From Octopus vulgaris (Eukaryota), in contig OX597815.1 of NCBI GenBank assembly GCA_951406725.2, forward strand, positions 161,510,001 to 161,574,000: DNA of 64,000 bases. The letters run 5' to 3'. Positions 1 through 12,169 of this stretch are shown piece after piece; position 1 is the stretch's first letter; the number at the start of each line of letters is the position of its first letter. A program made the position numbers and the translations under genes. The notes beneath the pieces are model-generated. The model had not been told where the DNA came from. It made no database searches and saw only the letters and a program-made list of their open reading frames with translations.

Positions 1-656
1 TAATTTGATAGGCTTTGACTTAAGAGAGTGATTTGGCTGTTATTTCTAACAAGTCAAGTCAATGCATAGACGCTCCCTCCTTCACTTGCTCTATGACCAT
101 ATAAAGGCTTATTCCATAGCTCAAAGGATGTGTTGTCCATGGTGATGGTAATGGAGGAAAAGTGTTGAATGTGCGTGCATGCATGTGTAGGTGGGAAATA
201 ATGTTAATATTGGCTTTTAAAGGTCATTTCCTTGTTATTGTATTTCTATTGTTTGTTTTGCAGCTTTTTATTTTTTTAAATGTATAGTAATTTTAGAATA
301 GAACACAAAGAAAAGTAAACATATTCTTGTTGGTTAATATTGCCATTATAAAAACAGTAAAATGGCCGAATAATTAGCACACCAGGTGAAATGCTTTGCA
401 ACATTCCATCTGTCTTTATGTTATGAGTTCAAATTCTGCTGAGGTCAACTTTGCCTTCCATCCTTTCAGAGTCAACCAAATAAGCACTAGTTGAGTACTG
501 GGGTCAAGTAATCAATTGACCCCTTCCCCAAAATTGCTGGCCTTGTGCCTAATTTTGAAATCAATATTATTACTATAAAAAAGTACCAATCAAGTACTGG
601 TGTTAATGGTAATGATTAACTCTTCTCAGCAAGTGTTCACCTTATGCCTATTGTTA

Positions 657-714
<58 letters not shown>

Positions 715-733
715 CATTATTATTATTATTATT

Positions 734-970
734 AAGTTTAATTTGTCAAAATATTTTCATCGCTTTAAAGCACGAATTTTTGTCAGTGAACAGGTCGCAG
801 TCTTAAAGTGACAAAAATATTTTGACAAATTAAACTTAAATGTTGAAGTGAATCAAACGGCTTTTGTGTGTTTCTTAAATGGCTTACAAACACCTTCCAC
901 ATTGCAATTGTTTTCGTTTCAGCACACGATCTCAGATCAAATCACTTGCTATGCAAGTACATCTCCGTAA
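734..970. mobile_element. Small non-autonomous element with partial terminal inversion, inserted in a (TTA)n tract; same family as 32934-33273
   Basis: 734-768 is the reverse complement of 803-838; 770-970 matches 32934-33135 in reverse and 33135-33273 directly; (TTA)n on both sides. Confidence 0.8.
779..829 (+). ncRNA. Hammerhead-like motif, G3-C8 core variant (A at position 12 in this copy)
   Basis: tttgtca GTGAACA g gtcgc-agtcttaaa-gtgac AAAA atat T T tgacaaa: 7-bp stem I, 5-bp stem II, palindromic AATATT stem III. Confidence 0.55.
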
Positions 971-1015
<45 letters not shown>

Positions 1016-1016
<1 letters not shown>

Positions 1017-1264
1017 TCTCAGAGCTCTCAGTCTTACTTGCTTTAGTTGATTCTGTGAGAGCAGGCAGCAACTTATTGTCAGAGGTCTCGCAGAGTCTCT
1101 TTCTACAAATCATAAGTTTTAGTACCTGGATGTTAACTTAATGTGGAGGGTATTCAACACCCAAGCACTAATCTGAAAATCCTAGCTGTACCAAATAGAA
1201 CAGTTTTTTGGGTCTGCTCTATCCTCATCTCAGTTCCAATTTCTCCGACATATTTCTCATACCT
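1016..1264 (-). mobile_element. 3' end of an R4/Dong-type non-LTR retrotransposon
   Basis: Minus strand reads RYEKYVGEIGTEMRIEQTQKTVLFGTARIFRLVLGC* (QKxxLxGTARIxRxVL terminus); the 3' UTR runs into a (TAA)n tract, the known Dong target. Confidence 0.75.
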
Positions 1265-1374
1265 GAAACTTCAAAGTCATTGTCAATATTATTCTTTTTA
1301 AAGAATAATAAATTAAAAATCGACAAAAGTATGGGGTAACTCTTCAGATTAAAGTAAAATGGTTTTTATTATAA

Positions 1375-1630
1375 ATGATGCCAGTGTCACATAACTGGCA
1401 CCCATTATGGTGGTGTCTAAAAAGCGCCATTTGAGCACTGGGCCTCATGGAGACAATGTGGCCAATGCCAGTGTCACATAACTGGCACCCATGCTGGTGA
1501 CATGTAAAAGCACTCATTTCACTCTCAGACTGAAGTCTGGTGCAGCCCCTGAGGTTACCAGCCTTGGTGAAACCATCCAACCCATACCAGCATGGACAAT
1601 GGCTGTTAAATGATGATAATGATGATGAGT
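1375..1630 (+). mobile_element. RTE-tail type SINE or LINE 3' remnant ending in (ATG)n
   Basis: tggcacgtaaaagcac...ccatccaacccatgccagcatggaaa...ttaaatgatgatgat module, also at 2795-2985 (-), 9490-9670, 36755-37048, 57385-57900 (-), 60700-60955. Confidence 0.7.
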
Positions 1631-2025
1631 GTTAATGGTGAGTTGAATGATGATGAGCACCATGCATCTTGCACAAGAGCATTTATACATCCATATCTGT
1701 TAACGGTTATTTTTTATGCTTTCCTCGCTGTATTGCATATTCGTTTCTTTTTTGCATCTGTTATTTTATTTTTGATCTTTTATATAAATCAAGATATATC
1801 CTTTGTTTTACTGCTTTTCTTTACATGAAATGAGGAGATACATTGCGGAACTGTTATTTTAGCGAGTTATATCTATTTATCATCCGAAGGGACACATCGG
1901 CACTGCCGGATGTTACTGAATCAGTTGTTAAATACCCTACCTGTGAGTGATCAATACTAATGTGCCAAAACAACTGTCATGATAAATAAATGTTCTCGTA
2001 CCTTCCATCTTCCAGCTTTCATTTA

Positions 2026-2075
<50 letters not shown>

Positions 2076-2135
2076 TTCGTTTTTGGTTTTGGTCTGCAAG
2101 ATACTTTATATGAGTTCGTGTGTTGAAGCATATTC

Positions 2136-2377
2136 TGTTGTGTCTGGGGAGAGTCATTTTCTTTTTGTGCCTTATAATGTAACACACTCACCGGTAAAAT
2201 TTCCCCTTATTTCTTATTTTTATTTTCCTAAAATTTTCGTTGTGTCTTGCAACCTTTTCAATAGTCTTTTCAAGAGTCAAGACTATTGAAAAGGTTACAA
2301 GACATAATGGAAATTTTACCGGTGAGTGTGTTACATTATAAGGCACAAAAAGAAAATGACTCTCCCCAGACACAACA
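2136..2377. repeat. Nested inverted-repeat element next to (CA)n/(TA)n
   Basis: Outer arms 2136-2204 / 2309-2377 are perfect; inner arms about 2231-2266 / 2281-2318 are imperfect. Confidence 0.85.
2228..2264 (-). ncRNA. Hammerhead-like motif, U3-A8 core variant
   Basis: Minus strand: cta TTGAAAA g gttg-caagaca-caac GAAA at T T tag; stem I only 3 bp; palindromic AATT stem III. Confidence 0.45.
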
Positions 2378-2380
2378 ACA

Positions 2381-2434
<54 letters not shown>

Positions 2435-3524
2435 CAAAGTATATAACCTTACCAACTGGTTTGGCACCATATGCTAGATAGTTGTATATTACATAACATA
2501 GTAAGTATCTAATACACATGCTCTTCAAGCATGGCATGCATACTCACCAAATGGTGAGTTTGGCTATAATGGATCTATAATATTCCATAATTTGATTAAT
2601 ATCTTTTATTTGTTTCAGTCATTTGATTGCAACCACTATGATGATGATGATGATGGTAACTACTGTTATTATTTATTGTCTATTTTCCATGCTAACATCA
2701 CTTGGACAGTTTGATCCAAGCTATCAAGTAAGGAGAGCTGCACCAGATTCCAATCCAATCTGAATTGGCTTGGTTTCTGTGGTTGGATGCTTATATCATC
2801 ATCATCATCATCATCATTTAGCATCCGCTTTCCATGCTAGCATGGGTTGGATGGTTCAACTGGGGTCTGGGAAGCCAGAGGGCTGCACCAGGCCCAGTCT
2901 GATCTGGCAGTGTTTCTACGGCTGGATGCCCTTCCGAACGCCAACCACTCCGTGAGTGTAGTGGGTGCTTTTTACGTGCCACCGGCATCCAATAAATAAT
3001 GTGTTTTCTTTCAATTGCATGAAAGCTAAAAGTTTGAGGGGGACAGGATAAACTACTTGCATCAACTTGCTATAAAAGCAGGTAGTAATTTTACCATGCA
3101 CATATTCTTAGTGCAAGTTTTAAAGAGTGCAGCTTGATTTTAACAGTTATTTTACAAAGCTGTAATGGAACTAGCAGACAGAATATAACTGAAAGACGAG
3201 ACATTTTAAGACAAATAACTTATTCATTTACCTTTTTTTAATAATTTAATTACTTCATTGAAATTGCATCTGGTGAGGCAACATTTATGAAAACAGGATC
3301 TAACACGGAAGATTTTAGTTTTAATTAGTTTTCCAGGTGTTTATTTGTCATTTGTATTCTCAATGAATTTTTGATTTGTGTCAAATATGAGAATATGAAA
3401 TCACACTAGTATTGTGTAAGAAAGGATAAGATCAGCCAGCATGTATGTTTGTAAAGGCAAAGGCAATCTACTGCCTTTTTACTAAATTTTAAAGAAATCC
3501 TCCATACGATCAGACAGAAATTTC

Positions 3525-3681
3525 AGGTGTGGCTGTGTAATGTGAAGCTTGCTTCCCAACCACATGGTTCTGGGTACAGTCTCACTGTGTGACACCTTGG
3601 GCAGTGGTCTTCTACTATAGTTTTGAGCCAAACAAAGCCCTGTGAGTGGATTTTGCAGATGGAAACTGAAAGAAGTCTGTC

Positions 3682-3712
<31 letters not shown>

Positions 3713-4070
3713 TGTATGTGTGTGTGTATATGTGTGAGAGTGAGTGTGTGTGTGTGTATATGTGTGTGTATGTGTGTGAGAGTGCGTGTGTGTCTGGGTG
3801 AGTGTATGTGTGTGTGTATGTGAGTGTGTGTGTGTATTTGTGTGTGACTGTGTGTGTGTGTGAGTGAGTGTGTGTCTTGCTACCTGTGTTTATACCCCAT
3901 TACTGCTTGACCATTAGTGCTGGTATATTTATGCCACCATAACTTGGCAGTTCACAAAAGACACTGATAGAACAAATACTAGGCTTACAAAAAAATAACT
4001 ACATTCAACTAAAAATTCTTCAAGGTAGTGCCCCAGCATGGCTACAGTCTAATGACTGAAATGAATAAAA
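3525..4070 (+). mobile_element. tRNA-derived SINE family A with an internal (TG)n/(TA)n microsatellite
   Basis: Head ggagtggctgtgtggtaag...ggttcagtccc (A/B-box-like); tail ggtgctccagcatggccacagtc..atgactgaaacaagtaaaag; more than 15 copies in the window. Confidence 0.85.
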
Positions 4071-4319
4071 GATAGAAGGTAAAAGATAAAAGATAAGAGA
4101 TATTATCTTCAGACAGCCCAATCAGCTCCATTTATAACTTTCTGGTGCCTTTGGTACATTAATTAAATCAGATTGGAAAATTAGTTTCAGGGTGTTACCA
4201 GGTTTTTTTTTAAAAACCTAATCATTGAATCTTTCATTGCATTCTTTGATTAATGAGTCCAAAACAGATTAATTGTTGGAGGTGATGTCAGGATTGGTGT
4301 TGTTGTCAGTGTTGGTGCC

Positions 4320-4448
4320 TTCTTCTTCTTCTTCTTCTTCTTCTTCTTCTTCTTCTTCTTCTTCTTCTTCTTCTTCTTCTTCTTCTTCTTCTTCTTCTTC
4401 TTCTTCTTCTTCTTCTTCTTCTTCTTCTTCTTCTTCTTCTTCTTCTTC
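4320..4448. repeat. (TTC)n microsatellite
   Basis: Perfect repeat of about 43 units. Confidence 0.98.
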
Positions 4449-5852
4449 CAATCAGGACTCATGCCATTAGCCACAAAGAATAATCTCTAATTTGAGCCTA
4501 CTCTAAGCTACTAAGAATGTGTGTGGCAACTTGAAAATCCACCCACCACACACGATAGACTGACAGTTGCACAGGTGTGAAAGCTACGTTGTTATCCTCA
4601 TTCCATAAACAGTGGCTTTTAAAGGGTGGAGAGCTGAGCCATCCTGGGGTACAGAGGATTCGCAATCTAGACTAGGGTCTGAAAGTTTTACCACACCATA
4701 GTGGGTTACACCATGGTTCCTCTGCTTTGTGGCAGAAGTAGGAAGAAAGAGTGAGAGAAAGTTGTGGTGAAAGAGTACAGCAGGGTTCACCACCACCACC
4801 ACCACCGGAGCCTTGTGGAGCTTAGGTGTTTTTCTCAATAAACACTCACACTGCCAAGACCAGGAATCGAAACCGTGTTCTTATGACTGTGAGCCCGCTG
4901 CCCTAACCACCAGGCCATTGCGCCTCCACAATGTTGGTGTTGTCATCATTGTTATCATCATCAACATCATTATCATTTAATGTTCTTTACTAAGCTAGCA
5001 TAGCTTGAAAGGAGCTGGCAAGCCAGAGATCTATGTTAAGCTTCAGTGTCTGCTATGGCTGGATACCTGTTTTTTCCAAAATATACACACATTAAGTTCT
5101 TTGTTTCCATAATTTATTTCTGTCGCCTGAAAGCTTCAACTGAGCATGAAAGGGTTGGGAAAATTACTTCTTTCTCAAACCATAATTTTTCACTATATAT
5201 CATATATAGATTTACCTTATAACAAAATACCTACTCGTTTTTTTTCCCCTCTTTGCATTATATCACATGCAAACTCAGTAAGAGAAAAAAAGATTGTATC
5301 TGGTAACACTGTGTAACACGAGTTTTGTCCTTGAATAGCAATCGTTATTTTCTATTTGCTTACTCCTAGAAAGTATGAAAAATGGCTAATATTTCCTTCA
5401 GACTTTGCTTTTGTTACATTTATTCAAACCCCAAAGAATCCCTCTTATGTGCCTTCACTTTTAAAGAATGAGAAAGGGTTAAGGAAGCTTTTCTAATAAC
5501 TAAATTGAATTCTACTATCAACAACAGACAGGAGCTGTATCATACCAATAGGTTAACATAACACTACCAATCTATGAATAGTAGAACACTTCAAAACCCC
5601 CACCACTGCCATCTCCATGACCATGTGCTCATAAGATCACCAGATATAGGTTCAATATCCATTTCCTCTTGATGAAGGATTTATGAAACCAAAATGTCAA
5701 AATATATAATGTAAAAGTGCAAGCTGTGACTTTGTTTTGTTGTCTTTTGTTTCCATTCCTGTGTAATTCTAACTCACAATGCAGTGACTTTATAAACCAC
5801 ATTTTCACAATTCTTCATGTAAACTATATTACTTTCATTAGTATGCCCTTAC

Positions 5853-6660
<808 letters not shown>

Positions 6661-6930
6661 TAAACTGTTTTAAAATTTTTACTGATATTTGATAAGATGA
6701 GATTCATAGAAACCTATATCTTCTTTATATAATTTTTAAAACCATTTTTATTAAATTCCCTCTTAAATTGAAATGTCTTAGACTTACTTCCGTGCTATTT
6801 CCATCTCTGTCTTTTATGTACATACACAAACACACACACACACCCACATATATATATACACACATGCACTCACATGCACATATATAAGAGAGAGAAAGAG
6901 ACAGAGAGAGAAATATATATATATATATAT

Positions 6931-7280
6931 TATTATATTAAATTAGAGATAAAACCACTATTAGGCAAATCAAACAGTGAAAATCATAAGCCAATACATA
7001 GAAAAAAATTAATTAAAAAAATATAAAATATATAAAAAATATAAAATATAAAATTCCAAATTAAAATATTTGAATTAAAGTTAAAATTTTAAAAATTAAA
7101 TTATTTAAATAACTTTTGAAATTTTAACTTTAATTTAAATATTTTAATTTGGAATTTTATATTTTATATTTTTTATATTTATATTTTATATTTTTTAATT
7201 AATTTTTTTCTATGTATTGGCTTATAATTTTCACTGTTTGATTTGCCTAATAGTGGTTTTATCTCTAATTTAATATAATA
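6931..7280. repeat. AT-rich near-perfect palindrome of about 350 bp abutting the Penelope-like ORF
   Basis: tattatattaaattagagataaaaccactattaggcaaatc... is mirrored by ...gatttgcctaatagtggttttatctctaatttaatataata; centre near 7110. Confidence 0.9.
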
Positions 7281-7344
7281 TATATTTATACTATAAAATT
7301 GGATTTAATCCTAAATCTAATTTTTCCTTGTAAGTTTGGATTAT

Positions 7345-8475
7345 TGTTGCATCTGTTCTATGTGTGGACAATATTTTAATTTCTATGTTGGTGATTGATC
7401 CCCCGTGTTCCTGTTCGGCGTGTTGGTACATAATCGATGAGCTTTTACCTTCCTTGAGTTATCTCCAATGTTCATTTACCCGCTCTCCTATGCTTCTTGT
7501 CATTTCCCCTACATATGTCGTTGTCTTGTTACTGCATTGTCCCTCTATACATCTTATATTATAGACTACATTTCTGGCTTTACAGTTTGTTTGTGGGCTA
7601 AATCTACATACAGTACAGTACTTATCAGTACAGGGGGTTCTACTAAAAGGATAGGTTCTACCAATTATAGATTTGATAGGGTTGCCTGGCTTTTCAACAA
7701 CCTTAATCCTTAGCTTAAGTTTGTCTAGTGTCCTTCTAAAGCGGTACACCAGTTCACCTCCAGGGGTGGTGTCAATGAACATGACACTCTGGTATTTATG
7801 GCTATCATACCAAGAGTTGGCCTTCCCTATTTTCTTTTTTGTCCTTTCTATAGTGTTCCATGACTTGTTCCTATACAGCGGGCAAATCCCATTCCTATCA
7901 TTACATAATTTATTATCAAATTTCTTCATGGCTCCTTTGTATACTCTGATCCTTTCTTTATAGCTGTAACCTGAGAACTGCATGCGGTGAATGAAATATT
8001 GTATGTGTCTCTTTAACTCTGTAGGCTCACACATGTATGGCACATTTCTCATTATTCTGACGAGGTCTGCCATCAAAATATTGAATTTGGCATTGTCCGC
8101 AGTGGCTGAGTTCCGGTGGATCAAGTATTTTGAGGCCATAGGTTTAGCATAGTATGAATGAAGGATTTGGGTTTTATTATTCACAATTTCTAGCCAGAGT
8201 TCAGTGTCTAGTACTGGTAGTCTATGGTTGGGGTGTTTAGTGGGGTAGTCTATTGTGACCTTAATACTCTGGTGGATGGAGTTAGCTATTTGCTGGATGC
8301 TCTCCATAGTATTAGTTTCTATTACTATATCAACAGTACTCTCTTGTAGGGGTGCCTTTACCACTATGTTGATATCATCAACATAGCGAGAGTACATGTT
8401 TACGAGTATGAAGTTCTGTATTAGGCGTTCTTTAAGCCTTCTGTCCCACCATACCATGAAAAGGTTGGCCACATT
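7345..8475 (-). mobile_element. Penelope-like retroelement, 5'-truncated: RT C-terminal half, thumb, Cys linker and GIY-YIG endonuclease (ORF 7459-8529)
   Basis: YSRYVDD RT motif; LPVLD..YAKP thumb; CxxxxCxxC linker; VVYNIRC..C..YVGEMTRSIGERVNEH GIY-YIG; the frame continues past the stop at 7459 as SSIMYQHAEQEH. Confidence 0.93.
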
Positions 8476-8754
8476 ATTACTAGTATTGTTGTTATACATG
8501 TAATGATAATAATAAAGGGATGTAAACACATGAACAAAATAAGAATAAACAAAAACAACAACAAAAACAAATTACATGAACGTATATAAACAGAAGATAC
8601 AAATATTACAGGCATCCCCCCACACACACACACACTAAATACACATAGACGCACATAGAGATATAAGCATGCGCAAATGAAGACATACAATAGAAATACA
8701 AAATGGCTGACGGTTAGTAAGGAAAGACACACAAATAAGAAAGAAGAAAGCAAA

Positions 8755-8799
8755 GGACCACTGATGCGGTCACAGGAATGTGACGAAAGAACTCTGGCC
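8755..8799 (+). ncRNA. Hammerhead-like motif (C at position 9), antisense to and upstream of the Penelope ORF
   Basis: ggacca CTGATGC g gtcac-aggaat-gtgac GAAA gaac T C tggcc. Confidence 0.65.
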
Positions 8800-9014
8800 G
8801 AAATAAGATTAAGATTAATGTAAAAAATAAATAACACTGAAGCAAAGTAACACCAAATATATAGCGCGTGTGATTTTATTGGCTAAACTGGCAAAATGAC
8901 CATTCCGAAATATAACAATATCTGTTTCAACACACGACTTCACATAAAAAATCTTGCACAACAAATATATAAACGTATATATGTATATATATAATGTGTG
9001 TGTATGTATATATA

Positions 9015-9670
9015 AAACAGGCTGGGTGAATTTCAGAGACCTACTTTTTTTGGTAACAAAGGGTAGATTGAAAGGCAGATTGTATGATGCCTGTGTGCAA
9101 ACAGCCATTCTACATGACGGTGAGACAAGGGTTGTAACTGCAGAGGATATGTGAAGACTTGAAAGAAAAGAAGTTAGTATACTCTGCTGGATGTACAATG
9201 TCAGTGTGCATGTACAACATAGTGTCTTAGAAGAAAGATTGGGTATAAGAGGCATCAGATATATTGTGCAAGAGAGAAGACTGCACTGGTATGGTCATGT
9301 GATGTGTATGGATGAAGACTGCTGCTTAAAGAAGTGATCTCTAACTGTGGAGGGGAACTGTGGAAGTGGTAGATCTTGGAATAGGTGGAATGAGATGGTG
9401 AAATATGATCTTCAAATGTTGTTTCATGGCAGTGATGCCAAGTGACTGAGTCTTTTGGTAATTTGCTGTGCTTGAGAAGACACATCAAGCTTAGTGAAAT
9501 CATAGTTGTGGCCATTACTAGTGACACATTAAATGCACCCATGGTGATGACACGTAAAAGGTACCAAGGTATACTCTGTGGGGTAGTTAGCATTAGGAAG
9601 GACATCCAGCTATAGAAACCAAGCCAAAACAGACTGGAACCTGGTCATCTAACTTATGCCACCATGGAAA
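9015..9670 (+). mobile_element. RTE-clade LINE 3' fragment, decayed
   Basis: KGRLYDACVQTAILHDGET...RLHWYGHVMCM...GRSWNRW C-terminal RTE motifs with stops, followed by the RTE-tail module. Confidence 0.85.
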
Positions 9671-10179
9671 GCAGGCTGTAACTGAAACGAAATGTGTGTG
9701 TGTGTGAGGATTCTTCAGTCTCTATCTACAACTTCATTCATCAGGTATTGGTCAACTTAGGATCATAATGTAGAACACCAGCCAACATTCACAAAGTGAG
9801 ATAAAACACCTAATCATTTGATTCTGAAGTTGACTCCTTAACCACACACCCATGCTTACACCAATATATACACTCACTCATACACACACACACTTGCATG
9901 TGCACATGCACACACATATATAATATTGATGTATGAATCACATATAATATGTTTGTTTACACACAAATAGGGAAAGTACTTGAGATGTGATTTTTAACAC
10001 AAATTTTCAACACAGAAGTTCTCTTAAGAGAACTTCAAATGGCATCAGGAGTGTAGGTAAAGTTACCTTCATGCGTCATAGGGACTCATAAGGACCGGGT
10101 TCCTGATTTCATGGCACATATATTCCCCATCAAGATAGGATGCTGGTCTGTTGCAAGATTATTCATTTTTGCCCAAGAA

Positions 10180-10430
10180 GGTGGCGAGCTGGCAGAAACG
10201 TTAGCACGCCAGGTGAAATGCTTTGCCGTATTTCGTCTGCCATTACATTCTGAGTTCAAATTCCGCCGAGGTCGACTTTGCCTTTCATCCTTTCAGGGTC
10301 GATTAAATAAGTACCAGTTATGCACTGTGGTCGATATAATCGACTTAATCCATTTGTCTGTTATTGTTTGTCCTCCCTGTGTTTAACCCCTTGTGGGTAG
10401 TAAAGAAATAGGTACTTCGTCTGTCTTTTT
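10180..10430 (+). mobile_element. SINE family B
   Basis: ggcggcgagctggcagaaacgttagc...gttcaaattccgccgaggtcgactttgcctttcatcctttcggggtcgat; copies at 360, 16650(-), 24304, 29330, 35060, 39025(-), 48339, 51090(-), 51310(-), 53180(-), 55660(-), 59000(-), 60975, 62695(-). Confidence 0.85.
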
Positions 10431-10437
10431 CTTTAGG

Positions 10438-10850
10438 CATAGGAATGGCTGTGTGGTAAGTAGCTTGCTTACCAACCACATGGTTCTGGGTTCATTCCCA
10501 CTGCATGGTACCTTGGGCAAGTGTCTTCTACTATAGCCTCGGGCCGACCAAAGCCTTGTGAGTGGATTTGGTGGACGGAAACTGAAAGAAGCCTGTTGTA
10601 TATATGTATATATATGTATGTGTATGTGTGTGTATATGTTTGTGTATCTGTGTTTGTGCCATCAACATCGCTTGACAACTGATGGTGGTGTGTTTATGTC
10701 CTCGTAACTTAGCAGTTCGGCAAAAGAGATCGATAGAATAAGTACTAGGCTTACAAAGAATAAGTCCTGCGGTCGATTTGCTCAGCTAAAAGCGGTGCTC
10801 CAGCATGGCCACAGTCAAAGGACTGAAACAAGTATAAGAGTAAAGAGTAA
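10438..10850 (+). mobile_element. SINE family A, full length
   Basis: Intact head, internal microsatellite and gagtaaa tail. Confidence 0.88.
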
Positions 10851-11108
10851 TACAACACATCTCTTGGTCCAGGAATTGAAAACACAATCTTATGATAATG
10901 AGTCCAACACCCTAACCACTAAGCCACTCACCTCCACATCAGCAGGGTGGCATCATTTGATGGATAAAACAATGCAAGGATGCACATTGTGACCAGTGGT
11001 GTATAACAACAGCTGATAGTGTGGTCAATGCAAAATATAGTGAACAGTAGTTTTTATTTAGGCCAGTCCAGCAGCCTGTGACTCTGGGGTTTCCATGGTA
11101 TGTTACAT

Positions 11109-11413
11109 CACCGTGATCACCATGACCGACCAGGCTATCAGATATTGCTACACATCGCTTGTCACAATCCACTTTGCATTGTTTTAGCCTTCAAATGATG
11201 CCACCCCACTGGCTAAGCGAGCAGGCCAACAGGAGAGTGAGAGAAAGTTGCAGCGAAAGAGTACAGCAGGGATCGCCACCACCCCCTACTGGAGCCTTGT
11301 GGAGCTTTTAGGTGTTTTTGCTCAATAAACACTCACAATGCCCAGTCTGGGAATTAAAACCGCAATCCTATGACCACGAGTCCGCTGCCCTAACCACTGG
11401 GCCATTGCGCCTC
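11109..11413 (-). mobile_element. tRNA-derived SINE family C with 15-bp TSD
   Basis: Head ggaggcgcaatggcccagtggttagggcagcggactcg; TSD catggtatgttacat at 11094 and 11414; related copies at 4670, 13745, 28505, 40498, 47752, 62395. Confidence 0.85.
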
Positions 11414-11541
11414 CATGGTATGTTACATATACATCATCGTCATCATCATCATCATCATCGTTTAGCGTCCGTTTTAAACAATGATGATGATGATGATGAT
11501 GATGATGTATATGTAACATACCATGGAGGCGCAATGGCCCA
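11397..11541. repeat. Near-perfect hairpin (local inverted duplication)
   Basis: ctgggccattgcgcctccatggtatgttacatatacatcatc... is mirrored at 11475-11541. Confidence 0.92.
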
Positions 11542-11729
11542 GCTCTTTATCAAATCAAACTGTTTGTGTGCATGCACACATGGGTGTGTACGTGTATGTC
11601 AGACGTGAGCATGCACACACTCTTGTACTGAGACTTGCAAACACAAGTATGCACATATGTGGTGGTGGTGATGGTAGTTATGGTGGTGTTTGTGGTGGTG
11701 GCCGCAGCAACAGCAGCAGTAGCAGTATT

Positions 11730-11763
<34 letters not shown>

Positions 11764-12075
11764 GTAGTAGTAGTTACAATAACAACAAGAATTAGCTTTG
11801 TTGCAATTGCTACTTCAATATTATTTTTTTTCCCTTCAGAATTCGATTTTATTTACTTTTATATTATATTCAAGTGTCAAAGCTGGAAACCTTTTAAATC
11901 TGTTGTTGATTGCAAACAAGTGTCTGGGAAGAGGTTTGTATTATAGACTCAATGATAAAATATCTTTATTTTCCAGCTGCTTTCTCTCTTTGTCTCTCTC
12001 TTCACGTCTCTATTTCTTGCTGCCTTCTTCTGTCTTGTTTGCTAGCATGCATACAGACACATCGATAATGAATAT

Positions 12076-12116
<41 letters not shown>

Positions 12117-12169
12117 TGTCTGTGTCTATGTCTGTGTCTGTGTGTTAATGCATGTATACATACATATAT

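Noticed and set aside
1935-1985. Hammerhead remnant (cctgtgag...caaaacaactgtc)
   Set aside because: Needs several changes in the core and stems; cannot be supported
7459-8529. Selenoprotein-encoding PLE
   Set aside because: No in-frame TGA in the ORF (the interrupting stop is TAA) and no SECIS identified
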